DNA of 64,000 bases. Origin: Callorhinchus milii (Eukaryota). Under the pieces are notes generated by a model. The model was not told the DNA's origin. It saw only the letters and a program-made list of their open reading frames with translations, and ran no database searches. Each line of letters begins with the position of its first letter. Positions within the stretch are counted from its first letter, which is position 1. Positions 12,158 to 24,268 of this stretch are shown piece by piece. A program made the position numbers and the translations under genes. Where the stretch lies: assembly GCF_018977255.1 (NCBI RefSeq), contig NW_024704743.1, positions 88,662,001 through 88,726,000 of the forward strand, given 5' to 3'.

Positions 12158-12359
12158 AGCATCTTTCCTATGATTTTGTTTTGTTGCTCTGCTAACAGCC
12201 AGCTCATTGCCAGGCAATCCCAGGGAAGGGAGTGATGTACATTGTACAGCAATGTAACTGTCCTATTACAAGTGACGCCACATTGCTTCAAGGAGGGCTT
12301 TGGGCTACATTTCTGGTCTTAGAATGCATTGGAGAGTTCCATTAGTACACTAAGCACAT

Positions 12360-12620
12360 TAACCTAGCAATAAGTAGGAACCCGGTTGTTAGTCGATTGG
12401 CAGATCGCTTTTCCTGGGTTAAAAATTCCTTCAAAAAAATAATAAATTGGTCACTCAATCCAGACTGTTTGTGGAACACTGCTGTGTGCAATTGGCTGCC
12501 GCATTTCACCCACAAAATATACAGTCAACTCATTTTACAGTATATTCTATGGAGTGCTTTGAGATGTCTTGAAGACGTGATAAGACGCTATATCAAACAC
12601 AAGGATTATTTTTATTATAA
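12360..12620 (+). mobile_element. SINE family A, long form, 5'-truncated
   Basis: ACCTAGCAATAAGTAGGAACCCGGTTGTTAGTCGATTGGC, then the Deu-like segment and tail. Confidence 0.88.
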
Positions 12621-13719
12621 CCTCCAAAAGTGAGTTGGGAGCGGAGGAATGTTTGCAGTGTTTTATTCAAGCTTTCTTCCTTGAGCAGCTGAGTTGGATT
12701 TGTTGGAGAATGTCTGATGTCTGCAAAATGTTTCTGCCCCCTTACTCATCTCTCTGTGGACAAGGCAAGTTTAAGGTCAGAGTACAGCTGCAGACAATGT
12801 TGCTTTGTTTATGCTGATTAACAGCTTGCAAAAAAGTTTGCTGAGGCGAGCAAAGTATCTTTGCATTTCAAAACAGTCAGCAAAGTCTTCAATATAGCTA
12901 CCCCATGAAAGGACTTTTCTCATTCCCAATCACTATCAGATTTTTGGCCCTTGCCAATGCAAGAGGTAATGATATAGTTTCCCATGCAGCTAACATTTCA
13001 TGGTGAGTGGGGTGGGGGGGAATAGAAATTTTTGCCTGAGAATAGGTCTCTGGAGTTTCAAGATGGACCTTTGTCAGATATATGTATGTATATATAAAGG
13101 ACACCTTGATGTATGCAGGCCCTTTTGTGAGACCCTCCTGAATGCCAGGTCTTTACCTGGAGTCTGGCCTCAGCCACAGAATCTGCAGTGCTCAAAGAAA
13201 TCATGCCACTTAACTCCACTTAAATATTGCCAATTAAGCCATAATACTTGGGGGGTAAAACTCTCCAACTTGCATTTATTATTACAAGTGACACCCTGAT
13301 AAGCCAAGTGACTATAAACCATTCAGTGTATAATCCATAGAAAGCAAACGTTTAGAGGCGATAGGATGGGATAATATTAATTATCATTAAACAATTGTTA
13401 GAATATAGAACTAAGCACTCTGCTGTGCCTATCAAAAGGTGTGGCCAGAATAGAACCAGCCTGTTCTGCTGAGCCAAAGCATGGAGTTGAAAATGCAAGT
13501 AATGAGGAACTGAAACCATTTGCATTATATGCTTAATGATTTATTTATTACTGAATCACTTAACGATTTTCTTGATTTGAGAATATTGGTAACACAGGTT
13601 AAATTCTTCAATCTGTAGAATTTGTACAGTCCAGAGTGTGTAGTTGGCTTCTCTTCTTGCTTGAACTTCTGAACCTCAGATGGCAGGTCCATTGGCCATC
13701 GTGAATGCTTTGAAGCTAG

Positions 13720-13940
13720 CGTGGATTTGTTAAGAGCAAGTCTTTCCTGGCCGATGCTAAAGGAACTTTTTGATGAAATAACTGGAAGAACTAATACAAG
13801 TAATGCTGTGGATGTAGTGTATATGGATTTTCAGAAGGCTTTTGATATGGTGCCACATAAGAGACTTGATAAAAATAATTAATGGAAAGATGGCACCATG
13901 GATAGAAAATTGGTTAATAGAGAGGAAACAGAGTAGGATA
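13720..13940 (+). mobile_element. CR1 RT fragment
   Basis: Encodes ...NAVDVVYMDFQKAFDMVPHKRL and WIENWLIERKQ. Confidence 0.88.
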
Positions 13941-14007
13941 CATAGGGAGATATTATTTGCCCTGGCCAGTGAATTGGAGGGCAATGACTGGAGGGCATCA
14001 ATTCTTC

Positions 14008-14355
14008 AACAGCAACAAAATTACATTTGTATAGCACCTTTCGCGTCGGGAGGACGTCCCAAAGCGCTGGACCGTCAGTGTTTTGGACCTCAGCTGGGGG
14101 TCGGGATCAGGGAGGGTAGGCAGTGAAGGAGAGTGACCAAAGGCATGGTCGAAGAGGAGGGTCTTGAGACAGGTCTTGAAGGAAGCAAGGGAGGAGGCAA
14201 GGCAAAGGGACTGCAGGGTGGAGTTCTAGAGGATGGGGGCAGAGTGTCTGAAGGCCCACCCTCTGATGGTGGGATGGGCGAGGCCCGGACGTGAAACAGA
14301 GTGGAGCCCGTTGAACGAAGTGAGCTGGCAGGGGGTTAGGAGATTGCAGAGATAG
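14008..14355 (-). mobile_element. L2 3' fragment
   Basis: (CAA)n followed by the reverse complement of the L2 tail and C-terminal coding region. Confidence 0.88.
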
Positions 14356-14399
14356 GGGGAAGCTATTCAGGTAGTTACTATGGAGCAACAAAGGAAATC

Positions 14400-14750
14400 T
14401 TGAATAATATTTGTTATGTAGAGGATTTTCTGAATGTGGCTTGTCCTGCTGGGTGTAGTTGTCAAAGCAGGATCCATAATAGCTTTCAAGAGGGAATTGA
14501 ATTAGAAAGATATCTAAAAGGAGTAATTTGCAGGGGTGTGGGGAAAGACAGAAACATGGGTTGCTCCCACTGAATGCTTTGCTCTTTCAAAGAGTCAGCA
14601 CAGAAACAATGGGCGAATAGCCTTCCTGATGCAAAATTCTATACTTCCAAGAAGGTATAGAGGCAGATAGTGTCAGTACAATCAAGGAGAAATTAAATAG
14701 CTCTTTGGTGAACAAATTAATTGAGGGGGTAAGCGAGTTAGAATGATTAG
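14400..14750 (+). mobile_element. Degenerate CR1 3'-end fragments
   Basis: ATAATAGCTTTCAAGAGGGAATTG, TTGCAGGGGTGTGGGGAAAG, GCTCTTTCAAAGAGTCAGCACAG...ATGGGCGAATAGCC. Confidence 0.65.
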
Positions 14751-14914
14751 AATTCTTATTTATTTTACTTTGCCAAATAGACTGCAGTTATCAATTTTGT
14801 TCCATGGATACCCAAGTCACAATTAAATGAGTCTAACAAATATATAACTGAACAGGGCACCAGCGATCTCTATGCATGTTACACTCCCTTACATTGGGAA
14901 AAGATAACTGAAAT

Positions 14915-15243
14915 ATCCCTACTCCACACGCCTCTGATTACTGAGCAGTAAGTAAGAACCCGGTTGTTAGGCAATTGGCGGATTGTTTCTGGGGATAATA
15001 ATCCCTACAAACAAACAAAGAGAGAGATGGACGGATGGATGGGACTCGATGGGACTGACAAGTAATTTGGTCACTCAATCCACGACTGTTTGTGGGACAT
15101 TGCTGTGTGTAAACTGGCTACCGTATTTTGCCCACAAAACACACAGTCAATCCACTTTACAATACATTCTGTGAAGCACTTTGAGACATCTCAACAACAT
15201 GTTTTTTCCTTGTTGTATATGTCAAATGCAAGGATTATTATTT
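14915..15243 (+). mobile_element. SINE family A, long form, head degraded
   Basis: CCTACTCCACACGCCTCTG...GCAGTAAGTAAGAACCCGGTTGTTAG, then the Deu-like segment and tail. Confidence 0.85.
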
Positions 15244-16949
15244 TAACTCCAATAATGGTATTGAACAATAATTTATGTTTATGTTTTAAGTTTACAGTGA
15301 GTATAACTAAATGACTTTGTGAAGAGTATGGAAGAAAATATTGGTTTCATGTGTGCACATAGATTTAAAACAGCTAACATCACCATTAGAAAAACTATTC
15401 ATTTTGTCATGTTCGGTTGAACAATGCTCCAGTGAATGGCAGTCAACTACTCTCATAACTTACAAATCCCAGTGGAATTCACATGAAAATGTTTCTTTAC
15501 GACTGGAAATAACTCAGCCATCATTGCTTTTCCTTTAGCGAATAAACTCTGGGAAACTTGCTCTCAAAGGCTGCACACCTCTAATATTTTTTTCTCTGAG
15601 AAACAAGGGGCCTTTATTTGGACTGTTGGTCCTAAAAGCACTTCAAACAGTTTTCTGACATTTAACTGTGAGCCATTATTCTGGTGCACTGCATTAAATT
15701 CATTGTAGTTGTGATGTAAGATGTTCAATCATCACATAGCAGCAAAAATCACAACAAAACGCTAGAAGCAGCAGCAAGTAAGGCCTGGGGCCATCAAAAG
15801 TCACCATGTGATAACACTACCTCCAAGGCTAATCAGAAAAAAGGTACCTATGTCTTGCACAGAGGGCTGATTCACAGACAAGCAAGTGATATTGGTTGTG
15901 GAATAGAGTATGACCAGGACAAATGCACACGGCAGGAACACATATTTAGTGATCTACCTCTAAATACCATTAGAGGTATTTCCAACAAATGTATTAGATG
16001 GTCTCTATTCATTACTCTGTGGCAACGTGGCTCTGTGATGCCACTCTTGTATTGTATTGTCACTAATAATATAATAATTTTTGCATTTGATTTAGAGCCT
16101 TTCATGTCAGGAGGATGTCTCAAAGCACTTCACTGGATTTATTGTATAGTGACTGCTTATTTTGTATGGAAATGCAGCAACTAGTTCCAACATGGAACAA
16201 GCTAAATACTTGCTTGCTATATAATGGACCACATTGCTTTGTTCTAACAGTGTTTGGTAAACATTAGGAGAATGGTTTGATGGGTTCATGAGTCATGGAT
16301 TTGAGGCCATAGACATCCTCTTCTGTAAGTCAGTTTTACAGTTGGTTATCCTATTCATATACAATACAAAAATACAAAATTACATTTGTATAGAACCTTT
16401 CACGTTGAGAGGATGTCCAAATATAAGCTGAGCACCATGAGACTGGTTAAGAAAATAGGAGCCATGTGTTAACCTTCTGAGTTTTGGCACAGTCATTTTA
16501 TGGGATTGCAGACCACAATAGTACTGAAAGAACAGACATTCTTGCTATTTTTGTACACTATTACACCAGTTTCCCCACATGGATTCCATTAATCAGGAAT
16601 GGCAAAATCTATTGACTTAGCAAATTAATTCTGCACATGCTTAGAGAAAATAAATGAATCTGGCAGCCACGTTGGACAATATATCATTCAACTCCTGAAT
16701 CCAGGCAAATATTTTCCAGCATCAATGTAATCCTCTGATGTGCAGGAAACTTCATTGACCCAGAAATGAATGGTTGTTCTAACTTTAACCAGCACAAGCA
16801 GAAGAGAGAGAATCACTGAGTAACTCTCTGAGATGGTAATGTAATTATCTCCCTGGTGAACTTGAGCCAATTCATGCGCTGTGTTTCTGTTACACCTACC
16901 TATTTAATTCAAGGCTGGTGCTCCTTCCCCATGAATGCCATCAAATAGA

Positions 16950-17660
16950 TTGTTCATATAGTATTATTGATGTGGCTATCCCAAGTGTTTACAATGTAAG
17001 AAATAAGGAATTAGAGAAGATCAGGAAATATATTGATCTACAAATTGAATGTGGACCTACGTGGCAGTTTAAAACAAACAGGTGGAGTCCTATAGCTCAG
17101 AGGTGAGCGCCCTCGCCTTGCAAGAGAGACCTGGGTTTGATTCCTGTAGGGCGAAACCTTGGGCAAGTTTCTTTACTCCACACGCCTGATAATAATCCCT
17201 CAAGAAAAAACAAAAAGAATCTGAATAATAACTTGGTCACTTCAATTCACGACTGTTTGTGGGACACTTCTGTGCGCAATTGGCTGTTGCCTTTCGCCCA
17301 TAAAATATTCAGTTAATTCACTTTACAGTATATTCTGTGAAGCTCTTTGAGACGTCTAGAAGATGTGAAAAGCGCTATATCACATGCAAGGATTATTATT
17401 ATATTTATATTATAACCACATTTTCTATAATTATTGGTGCAACTGGGACTGTTAAGACTATTCAGAAATGGCTTGACAAAATATCCGGTGAACTAAGCAT
17501 AAATCTCCTGCAAAAGGTAGCTATTTTAGGAAGCTCAAACACACTAAGAAAGGTAACATCTATTCATATGTAATGTGGCAGTGTTATTGGTCTGGATGAA
17601 AACCATTTAGAAATGACCTTACAGAGTGATTTAAACTGTAATAACATGATAATAAAAATA
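16950..17660 (+). mobile_element. R4/Dong-clade non-LTR retrotransposon 3' remnant (restriction-like endonuclease domain), split by a SINE
   Basis: IIDVAIPSVYNVRNKELEKIRKYIDLQIECGPTWQFKT (16963-17076) plus TTFSIIIGATGTVKTIQKWLDKISGELSINLLQKVAILGSSNTLRKVTSIHM* (17415-17573) matches the R4-type C-terminal RLE pattern; a short 3' UTR runs into a degenerate (TAA)n. Confidence 0.8.
17082..17412 (+). mobile_element. SINE family A, short form, full length
   Basis: A box TAGCTCAGAGG, anticodon-like TTGCAA, B box GGTTTGATTCC, CORE-like CCTTGGGCAAGT, Deu-like segment, (TTA)n tail. Confidence 0.92.
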
Positions 17661-17812
17661 ATCCTTGCATTTCATATAGCATTTAAAACATTGTAACGTC
17701 ACAAAGAGCTTCAAAGGCAAATGCTGTCAATTGTAGTGGTTGTGTATTTGTCAGCATAAGGTGACAGACAATTTGTGCACAACAAACAGCTCTGAAGTGA
17801 ATGACCAATTTC
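17650..17812 (-). mobile_element. SINE family B tail/Deu fragment
   Basis: AATAATCCTTGCATTTCATATAGC ... GACAATTTGTGCAC ... TGAAGTGAATGACCAATTT. Confidence 0.7.
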
Positions 17813-18100
17813 AAGTGCACAAGAGTAGACATCAATAATACAATGCAAATCCAAGTCCCTGTCATGCTAGATTCAGCAACATTCAATTGAATTACCATTC
17901 ATTCACAGACTTATTTTGCTGTCCATCCCTGATCCCATTCAGCACCCATTTATACCATTTATTGGGCATCTCAACTGTACCATTTGCCAAGATTTCTAAA
18001 CTATCGATGTTATTTTATCTAAGCAATTTGCACAATTTTTGTTTACAATTTCTTCCTCTGCTTAACACTGTTTTAAATATGCTATTCTGTTTATATATAC

Positions 18101-18570
18101 GAACCGTAGGTCAGTAGTTAGAGCAGTCGCCTCGCAAGCGAGAGACCCGGGTTCGATTCCCTGCAGGACAAAATGGGCACTTTTCCTTACTCCACATGCC
18201 TCTGTTTACCTAGCAGTAAGTAGGAACCCAGTTGTTAGTCGATCGGCGGATTGCCTTTCTGGGGATAATAATCCCTCAAAAAACCCCAATAATAATTTGG
18301 TCACTCAATCCACAACTGTTTGTGGGACACTGCTGTGCACAATTGACTGCCACATTTCGCCCACAAGTATACAGTCAATTCACTTTACAGTGTATTCTGT
18401 AAAGCGCTTTGGACGTCCTCCCGACGTGAAAAGCGCTATATCAAATGCAAGGATTATTATTATTATTATTCTGTAAAGCGCTTTGAGACGTCTGGAAGAT
18501 GTGAAATGCAAATATCATTTGCATTTCAAATGTATTTATTTTCATATCAAATGCAAGGATATTATTTATT
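18101..18570 (+). mobile_element. SINE family A, long form, with a doubled tail
   Basis: B box GGTTCGATTCC; long central segment; 19-bp direct repeat TATTCTGTAAAGCGCTTTG at 18393-18411 and 18467-18485. Confidence 0.9.
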
Positions 18571-19457
18571 ATTGGAACAGGTGACGGAGCATGAAACTGT
18601 GGGCTACCTGACAATTCACAGATGGTACAGCTTGAGAGATCTCTCCAGTTAATGAAAAACTGGAACATTTATAAAGCACTTTATTAAGATGAACCATCTT
18701 GAGCACTCAGTGAAATATGCACTCAGTGAAATATACACTCATTCCATTCGCAGTTTGCTTTTCACTCTTCTCCATCTAGCAGGAAGTATAATATCTGATG
18801 TTAAACAGACTACAAATGCAATATGACAGATTTGCACCTCTCCCAGTGTTCACTGTTAGATACAGCCTGTCTCTGTTACAATTTCTCTTAATTGGGATGA
18901 TTGAAGTCTGGTCACTTCCCACTCAGAAATGTTTAATTAGTTGACAGAAACAAACAAATGGTATACAGCATGAAAGAGTCACAAACATATTTCTCCATTA
19001 TATTTAAACAATTATTAAATAGAATGTTTTTTTAAACTGCTTCACAATTCTAAATATCATAACAGGAGATTAAAATTGTTTCCTGTGCCCTGTGAAGTAC
19101 AGTACTCAACTCAGAATGTAAAGGTAATACTGTATAATAAGAGGATATAGTACTTCCATAGAAATATAGAAATTTTCAGCACGGAAGAAAGCTATTCAGC
19201 TCATTGTCCTTTTGTATTATGCTGGAAGGCAAAACCTATGAGGATTATTGCTGTATTGAGACATGTGTATTTTCATTGCTCTAGAATTCCTCATGCAAGT
19301 TTTGTGTAACCTTTATGAAGATTCAAAATTATTGTTTTAGAAATATTCACTTAAAAGTATATTGAAATAAATGTATTGTTTGCACTATAAATAAAAGTTT
19401 CTGTGCTGTTGTATGATTTAAATTCAGTGCCATCACTGCCTATACAATAAAGTAAAT

Positions 19458-19476
19458 GGCACAGCAGATGGCAGTG
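19458..19476 (+). promoter_or_regulatory. Candidate CTCF core motif
   Basis: GGCACAGCAGATGGCAGTG compared with the consensus CCASYAGRKGGCRS. Confidence 0.35.
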
Positions 19477-19904
19477 TATTCCAATTGTTCTTTTACTAGT
19501 GAAAGAGGACCTTCATAACTATGCTTCAAAACATGCTCAAAGTGCTTTTGTGATTAAGGGTTTTCATTCTCACGTACAGCTACTGGTGTATAGATTGGTT
19601 TTAGATTTACAATAAAATATTACATTGTGAGTAAAAAGCCGATCCCCAGATTTAAAAAATGATCATTCACATCATGACTCTTTGTGTGACATTGCTTAAT
19701 ATCGAATTATCTGCTTTGGTCACCTATAAAATACATAGTCACTACATTTCACAATAAAATCTTGTGAAGCCCTTTCAGATGTCTCAATAATGTGACAAGG
19801 CACTGTATCAAATACAAAGATAATTATGAAAAAAAGATTGAATGATGAAGAACAATTAGATAAGCTATAGCTGTACAGCTTAGACAAGAAATATCCCAAC
19901 AAAA

Positions 19905-20068
19905 CCTTTGTAGAAGGTTATAACATTGAACAGAGAAAGTAAACTCAGAATATACTTTGAGATATGCCAAGATCAAGAAGGTTCAGAATTGTAAAGCGTA
20001 TATATAGGACAGATACCAGGAGGCATTTCTTTACACAGAGGGTGTGTTTTACCAGGAAGGGTGATGGA
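19905..20068 (+). mobile_element. CR1 3' fragment interrupted by a SINE
   Basis: Encodes RFRIVKRIYRTDTRRHFFTQRV. Confidence 0.75.
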
Positions 20069-20443
20069 ATCTGTAACTCAGTGGTTAGAGCACTGGCCTC
20101 GCAAGTTCGATTCCCGGCAGGTTCGATTCCCGGCAGGGCAAAACATTGGACAAGTTTCCTTACTCCACACGCCTCTGTTTACCTAGCAGTAAGTAGGAAC
20201 CCTGTTGTTAGTTGATTGGCGGATCACTTTTCCGGGCGTAATAATTCCTTCAAAAAATAATAATAATAATAATTTGGTCACTCAATCCACAGCTGTTTCT
20301 GGGACGCTGCTGTGTGCAATTGGCTGCTGCATTTCGCCCACAAAATATACAGTCAATTCACTTTACAGTAGATTCTGTGAAGCGCTTTGAGACGTCTTGA
20401 AGACGTGATAAGGTGCTATATCAAATGCAAGGATTATTATTAT
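20068..20443 (+). mobile_element. SINE family A, long form, with duplicated B box
   Basis: GTTCGATTCCCGGCAG occurs twice (20105-20136); otherwise a complete long form. Confidence 0.92.
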
Positions 20444-21288
20444 TCAACCCAGGGCATTGAATTAATTTAAGAAACTCAACAACTTCACATTCAAATTCAC
20501 GATTTTTGGTGAAACCTTTAAGTTCATATAATGACCAATTAGATGCTCCAGAATTGTGCAAAGGAACAGTTGATTAGGATTCACCAGCATGTCTGATATG
20601 CTAATGTGAATTTTAGTACTTTGAGCATTCAAAGAAAGATCTGCTTTTAGAAACTTCTCTGGCAGGTTTCCAAAACTGACTTTCAAAACAGGGTTTCAGA
20701 GAGTTTATTGGACAAATATTAGCACAAACATTTGGAGTGAAATGAAAAAAAGATTCTTTCAAACGAATCAACAAAAAAAGATTACAGCTGGACAAAATGC
20801 AAAAATACTGTAGATGCTGGAAATCTGAAACAAAAACGGAAGTCGCTAGGTTGGGGTTTACTTATTACTTTGGAATGGCAGCCTGCAACAGAACATGTAA
20901 AAGTGTTCATCAAGCCTGAAAGACAGAAAGCATATCTATGAAGCAACACCAGCTTCCCCAAAGAAACTGATGTACCATGATCTTCAGAACTTACTTTTTC
21001 AACCACCTCTGAGCCACTTGGGCCAAGCGAGTGAAAGAAACAATCAATAACTTCAGGGGGATTGCTGTAAGATATCCACCCAACATCAATTTAAATAAGT
21101 CGTAGAAAAATTCCACTCAGGTCTACATTTACTCTATTCAACTGGCTATTTAGAGCGCTCAGAATTTGATACATTGTTGAATTCAATCTTATCTTTGAAA
21201 CTTTGAGCCAGGGAGTCAAGGCATTGGTTGACCAATGAGGCATCCTGCCTGAGGGCTTTTTCAATCCTAGTTACATATCCTCTGTATT

Positions 21289-21612
21289 TAATAATAATAA
21301 TAATCCTTGCATTTGATATAGCGCTTTTCACGTCGGGAGGACGTCCCAAAGCGCTTCACAGAACACACTGTAAAGTGAATTGACTGTATGTTTGTGGGCG
21401 AACGCGGCAGCCAATTGCGCACAGCAATGTCCCACAAACAGTCGTGGATTGAAAATGACCAATTTATTATTGTTTTGGGATTTGGAGGATTATTATTAGG
21501 CTCTGTGTGGAGTAAGGAAACTTGCCCAAGGTTTCGCCCTCTGCCTGGAATTGAACTCAGGTCTCTCACTTGCAAAGCGAGTGCTCTAACTACTGAGCTA
21601 CAGGGCTCCACA
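21289..21612 (-). mobile_element. SINE family A, short form, full length, young
   Basis: Near-identical reverse complement of 24269-24591. Confidence 0.95.
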
Positions 21613-22375
21613 TTTGTAAACACACTGAAGGTAATTGATTATGAAAACTGTTATACTTTATACCAGAGGCATAATACAATAAAATAAATGAAGAAATTGT
21701 CTTGTTTTGTTATTATGCCTTTATGTGATGCAATCCTAAAAACTAAAATGGAAGGAAAGTACAACAACATTTATATAATGCTCTTTGTGCAGGATAGTGT
21801 CCTGGGAGCACTTAAGTACAACTGAGCAAAAATAAATCGCAATAAAACAACAACCTGAAAATGTGGGGCTTCAGGATTCCCAATAATTGCTCTTTGTACT
21901 TTGTAACTGGTGTGAATCCTCCAGATAAACTGGTCATTCACTTCAGAACCATTTGTGTGCAAATTGAATGACTTGTTTACCTTCAAAAACACGGTGCCGA
22001 CAATTGACCTTTAGTGAAGTTTGATGCTAGAGGTGCTCTATCAATTGCAAGAATTATTATTTATTTTCTTTCGTAGTGATGTACTTTATTTAAGAAATCA
22101 TACCACTCCATATCTTTGTGCATTTGTTATACATTTTAGTGTGCTGCAGTGTTTTACATGTAGTTTAAGTTTCAGAATAAAGTGGGCAATCTTCTGTATA
22201 ACTGAGCATTTTTGGAGCCTCGCTTTAGGTTCTCCAAACTCTTTATTCTCTCTTACTTTGTAGCAGAGCTCTAGAGATCCATCCCGTCGTATGATTTCTG
22301 TTCTTGTGATTTTCTCAATTTCCTCCAATAAATCATTTTATTTTTCTTGCAATCGAATCTGAATCAATGAATCTT

Positions 22376-22490
22376 TGGGTAGAAATTCCACATGGATCTA
22401 GACTAATGTAGCGTTTCAGAGCATCCAGAATTTATCAAATTCTTAGATACAATTTTTGATTTTGAAGCTGGGTTTCTGCGAGTTCCAGGT
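22376..22490 (+). mobile_element. Partial copy of the TIR/MITE family
   Basis: TGGGTAGAAATTCCACATGGATCTAGA...AATGTAGCGTTTCAGAGCATCCAGAATTT matches the reverse complement of the right arm of 27896-28100. Confidence 0.65.
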
Positions 22491-22564
22491 GTTAGTAACT
22501 TTAGGTGTTACATTGTTTATTTACTGAATGATTTATAAAGTTGCATTGCACTGATTCAGGATTT

Positions 22565-22683
22565 TTGGGCGCATTTCACCCACAAAATATACAGTCAATT
22601 TACTTTACAGCATATCTTGTGAAATGCTTTGAGACGTCTCAAAGACATAATAAGGTACTTTATCAAATGCAAGGATTATTATT
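22565..22683 (+). mobile_element. SINE family A, 3' part
   Basis: CATTTCACCCACAAAATATACAGTCAATT...ATCAAATGCAAGGATTATTATT. Confidence 0.85.
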
Positions 22684-23639
22684 CTTACATTTTTCATGTT
22701 GAATGTAGAAAGAAAAGAGTCAAAGCCTTGAAATTCTTCTAATCTTACCCTGTAAGACTATATTGCTTCATAGTGGAAAAAATCAGTATTAATCAGCAAG
22801 ATATTTCCCACAGTTTTTAAAAAGAGCTGGCATCCAAATTAAGGCTGAATTTAAGAATTTTTCAAAATTCTGTATGATCTTTATGACAAGATGATCCTAC
22901 AGGATAAGACAAAGAGAAATCCTGATGGATGCTGATAATTAATGAGAGTGCATACAGCATCCAAGCACCATAGATAGACTTACAGCAGAGGGCAGCTTTC
23001 CACCAGTTAGCAGTAGATTTGGGGAGATTGTTGTGGGAGAAAATATAGGCTATAGAGTTTTGTACGATTTTACACAGAGTGTACACATAGTTAATTATTG
23101 GTGTATAATAATTCCAATGCTCAGTCTTTTTACTACTGGTATGGTACTTATTGTATTATTTGTTATTATTATCCAGAAGTATAGCTGTTTTGAAAAGTCT
23201 TAGAAATAAGCAGTTTGTATTACATTTAAAATGCAATATTTTATCTATGATTTCTAGTTATTTATGGCAAAAATATACAAGAGTCCAAAGGCATTTTGTA
23301 TACAAGAACAAACAAAACATGACCTGTGAAGAAAGTGATTACATTCCTTAAACTATACTTCTGGGAGCAATTGTCACTGCTTGAAATCAACTGTCCTTAA
23401 GATGTACCCAACATTTCCTTGTGCCAATTTTTGCCATTGAATCTTGCTGACGCTATGTAATGTTGCATTTCTGAGCCTTGAAAGTATTGTAAAAGTTTGG
23501 GATAATCAAATAATCATTCTTTTATTTGATCTAGTGCCTTTAAAGTCAGCAGGATGTCTCAAAGCACTTCACTAAATATACTACAAAGTGTACTACTATG
23601 TGTTTTGTGGGTGAAATTTATCAAGGTATGTGAATCATC

Positions 23640-23895
23640 AGATTATGAATCATGATTGGTAGTGAGTTCAAGAGAGCAGTGTTATAGAGGCTGAATGCTC
23701 AGCCACTGATGAAGGGATGGAAGGAGTGAAGAATGAGCAATAGACAGACCACAGTCAGAATAGTGGAAAATATGGACAGGAGAATAGAGCAGGAGGAGAT
23801 TGCAAAGATAGTGAGGAGCAAGATCATAACGTGATATGAATATCAGGATGAGGATTGTGAAGTTGTAGTGCTGAGAGCCACTAGAGCCTTGGGAT
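23640..23895 (-). mobile_element. Old L2 3' fragment
   Basis: Minus strand gives FTILILIF..YDLAPHYLCNLL, a degenerate form of FKILILT...[11 protein letters not shown]. Confidence 0.65.
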
Positions 23896-24130
23896 AGTAG
23901 ATTTGGGGAGCTTGTTGTTTGAGAAAATATGGGCTGTGGCATTTTACACTGTTTTACACATAGTTAGCAATTGGTGTATGATGGACAACAACAACTTGCA
24001 TTTATATAGCACTCTCCACGCAGCAGTGTCTCAGAGCACAATTGGGAATGAATCCCAGGCTGATTTTCCTCTCCCTTATCCAGAGCCACGTAGATCGTCT
24101 ATAACATCCCCATCAACACTCCAAATGGGA

Positions 24131-24132
<2 letters not shown>

Positions 24133-24175
<43 letters not shown>

Positions 24176-24205
24176 CCTTGCATTTGATATAGCACCTTCC
24201 ACATC
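24133..24205 (-). repeat. Expanded (TAA)n microsatellite (~14 units) from a SINE tail
   Basis: (TAA)n followed by TCCTTGCATTTGATATAGC. Confidence 0.9.
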
Positions 24206-24268
24206 AACCTTTTACATCAAGAAGACATGCCAACAACTTTTCAAATAGTACCAAGGGATCTTTAAGTT

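Noticed and set aside
19469..19480. TGGCAGTGTATT matching the 5' end of miR-449/miR-34 family
   Set aside because: The match stops after 12 nt and there is no downstream star arm.
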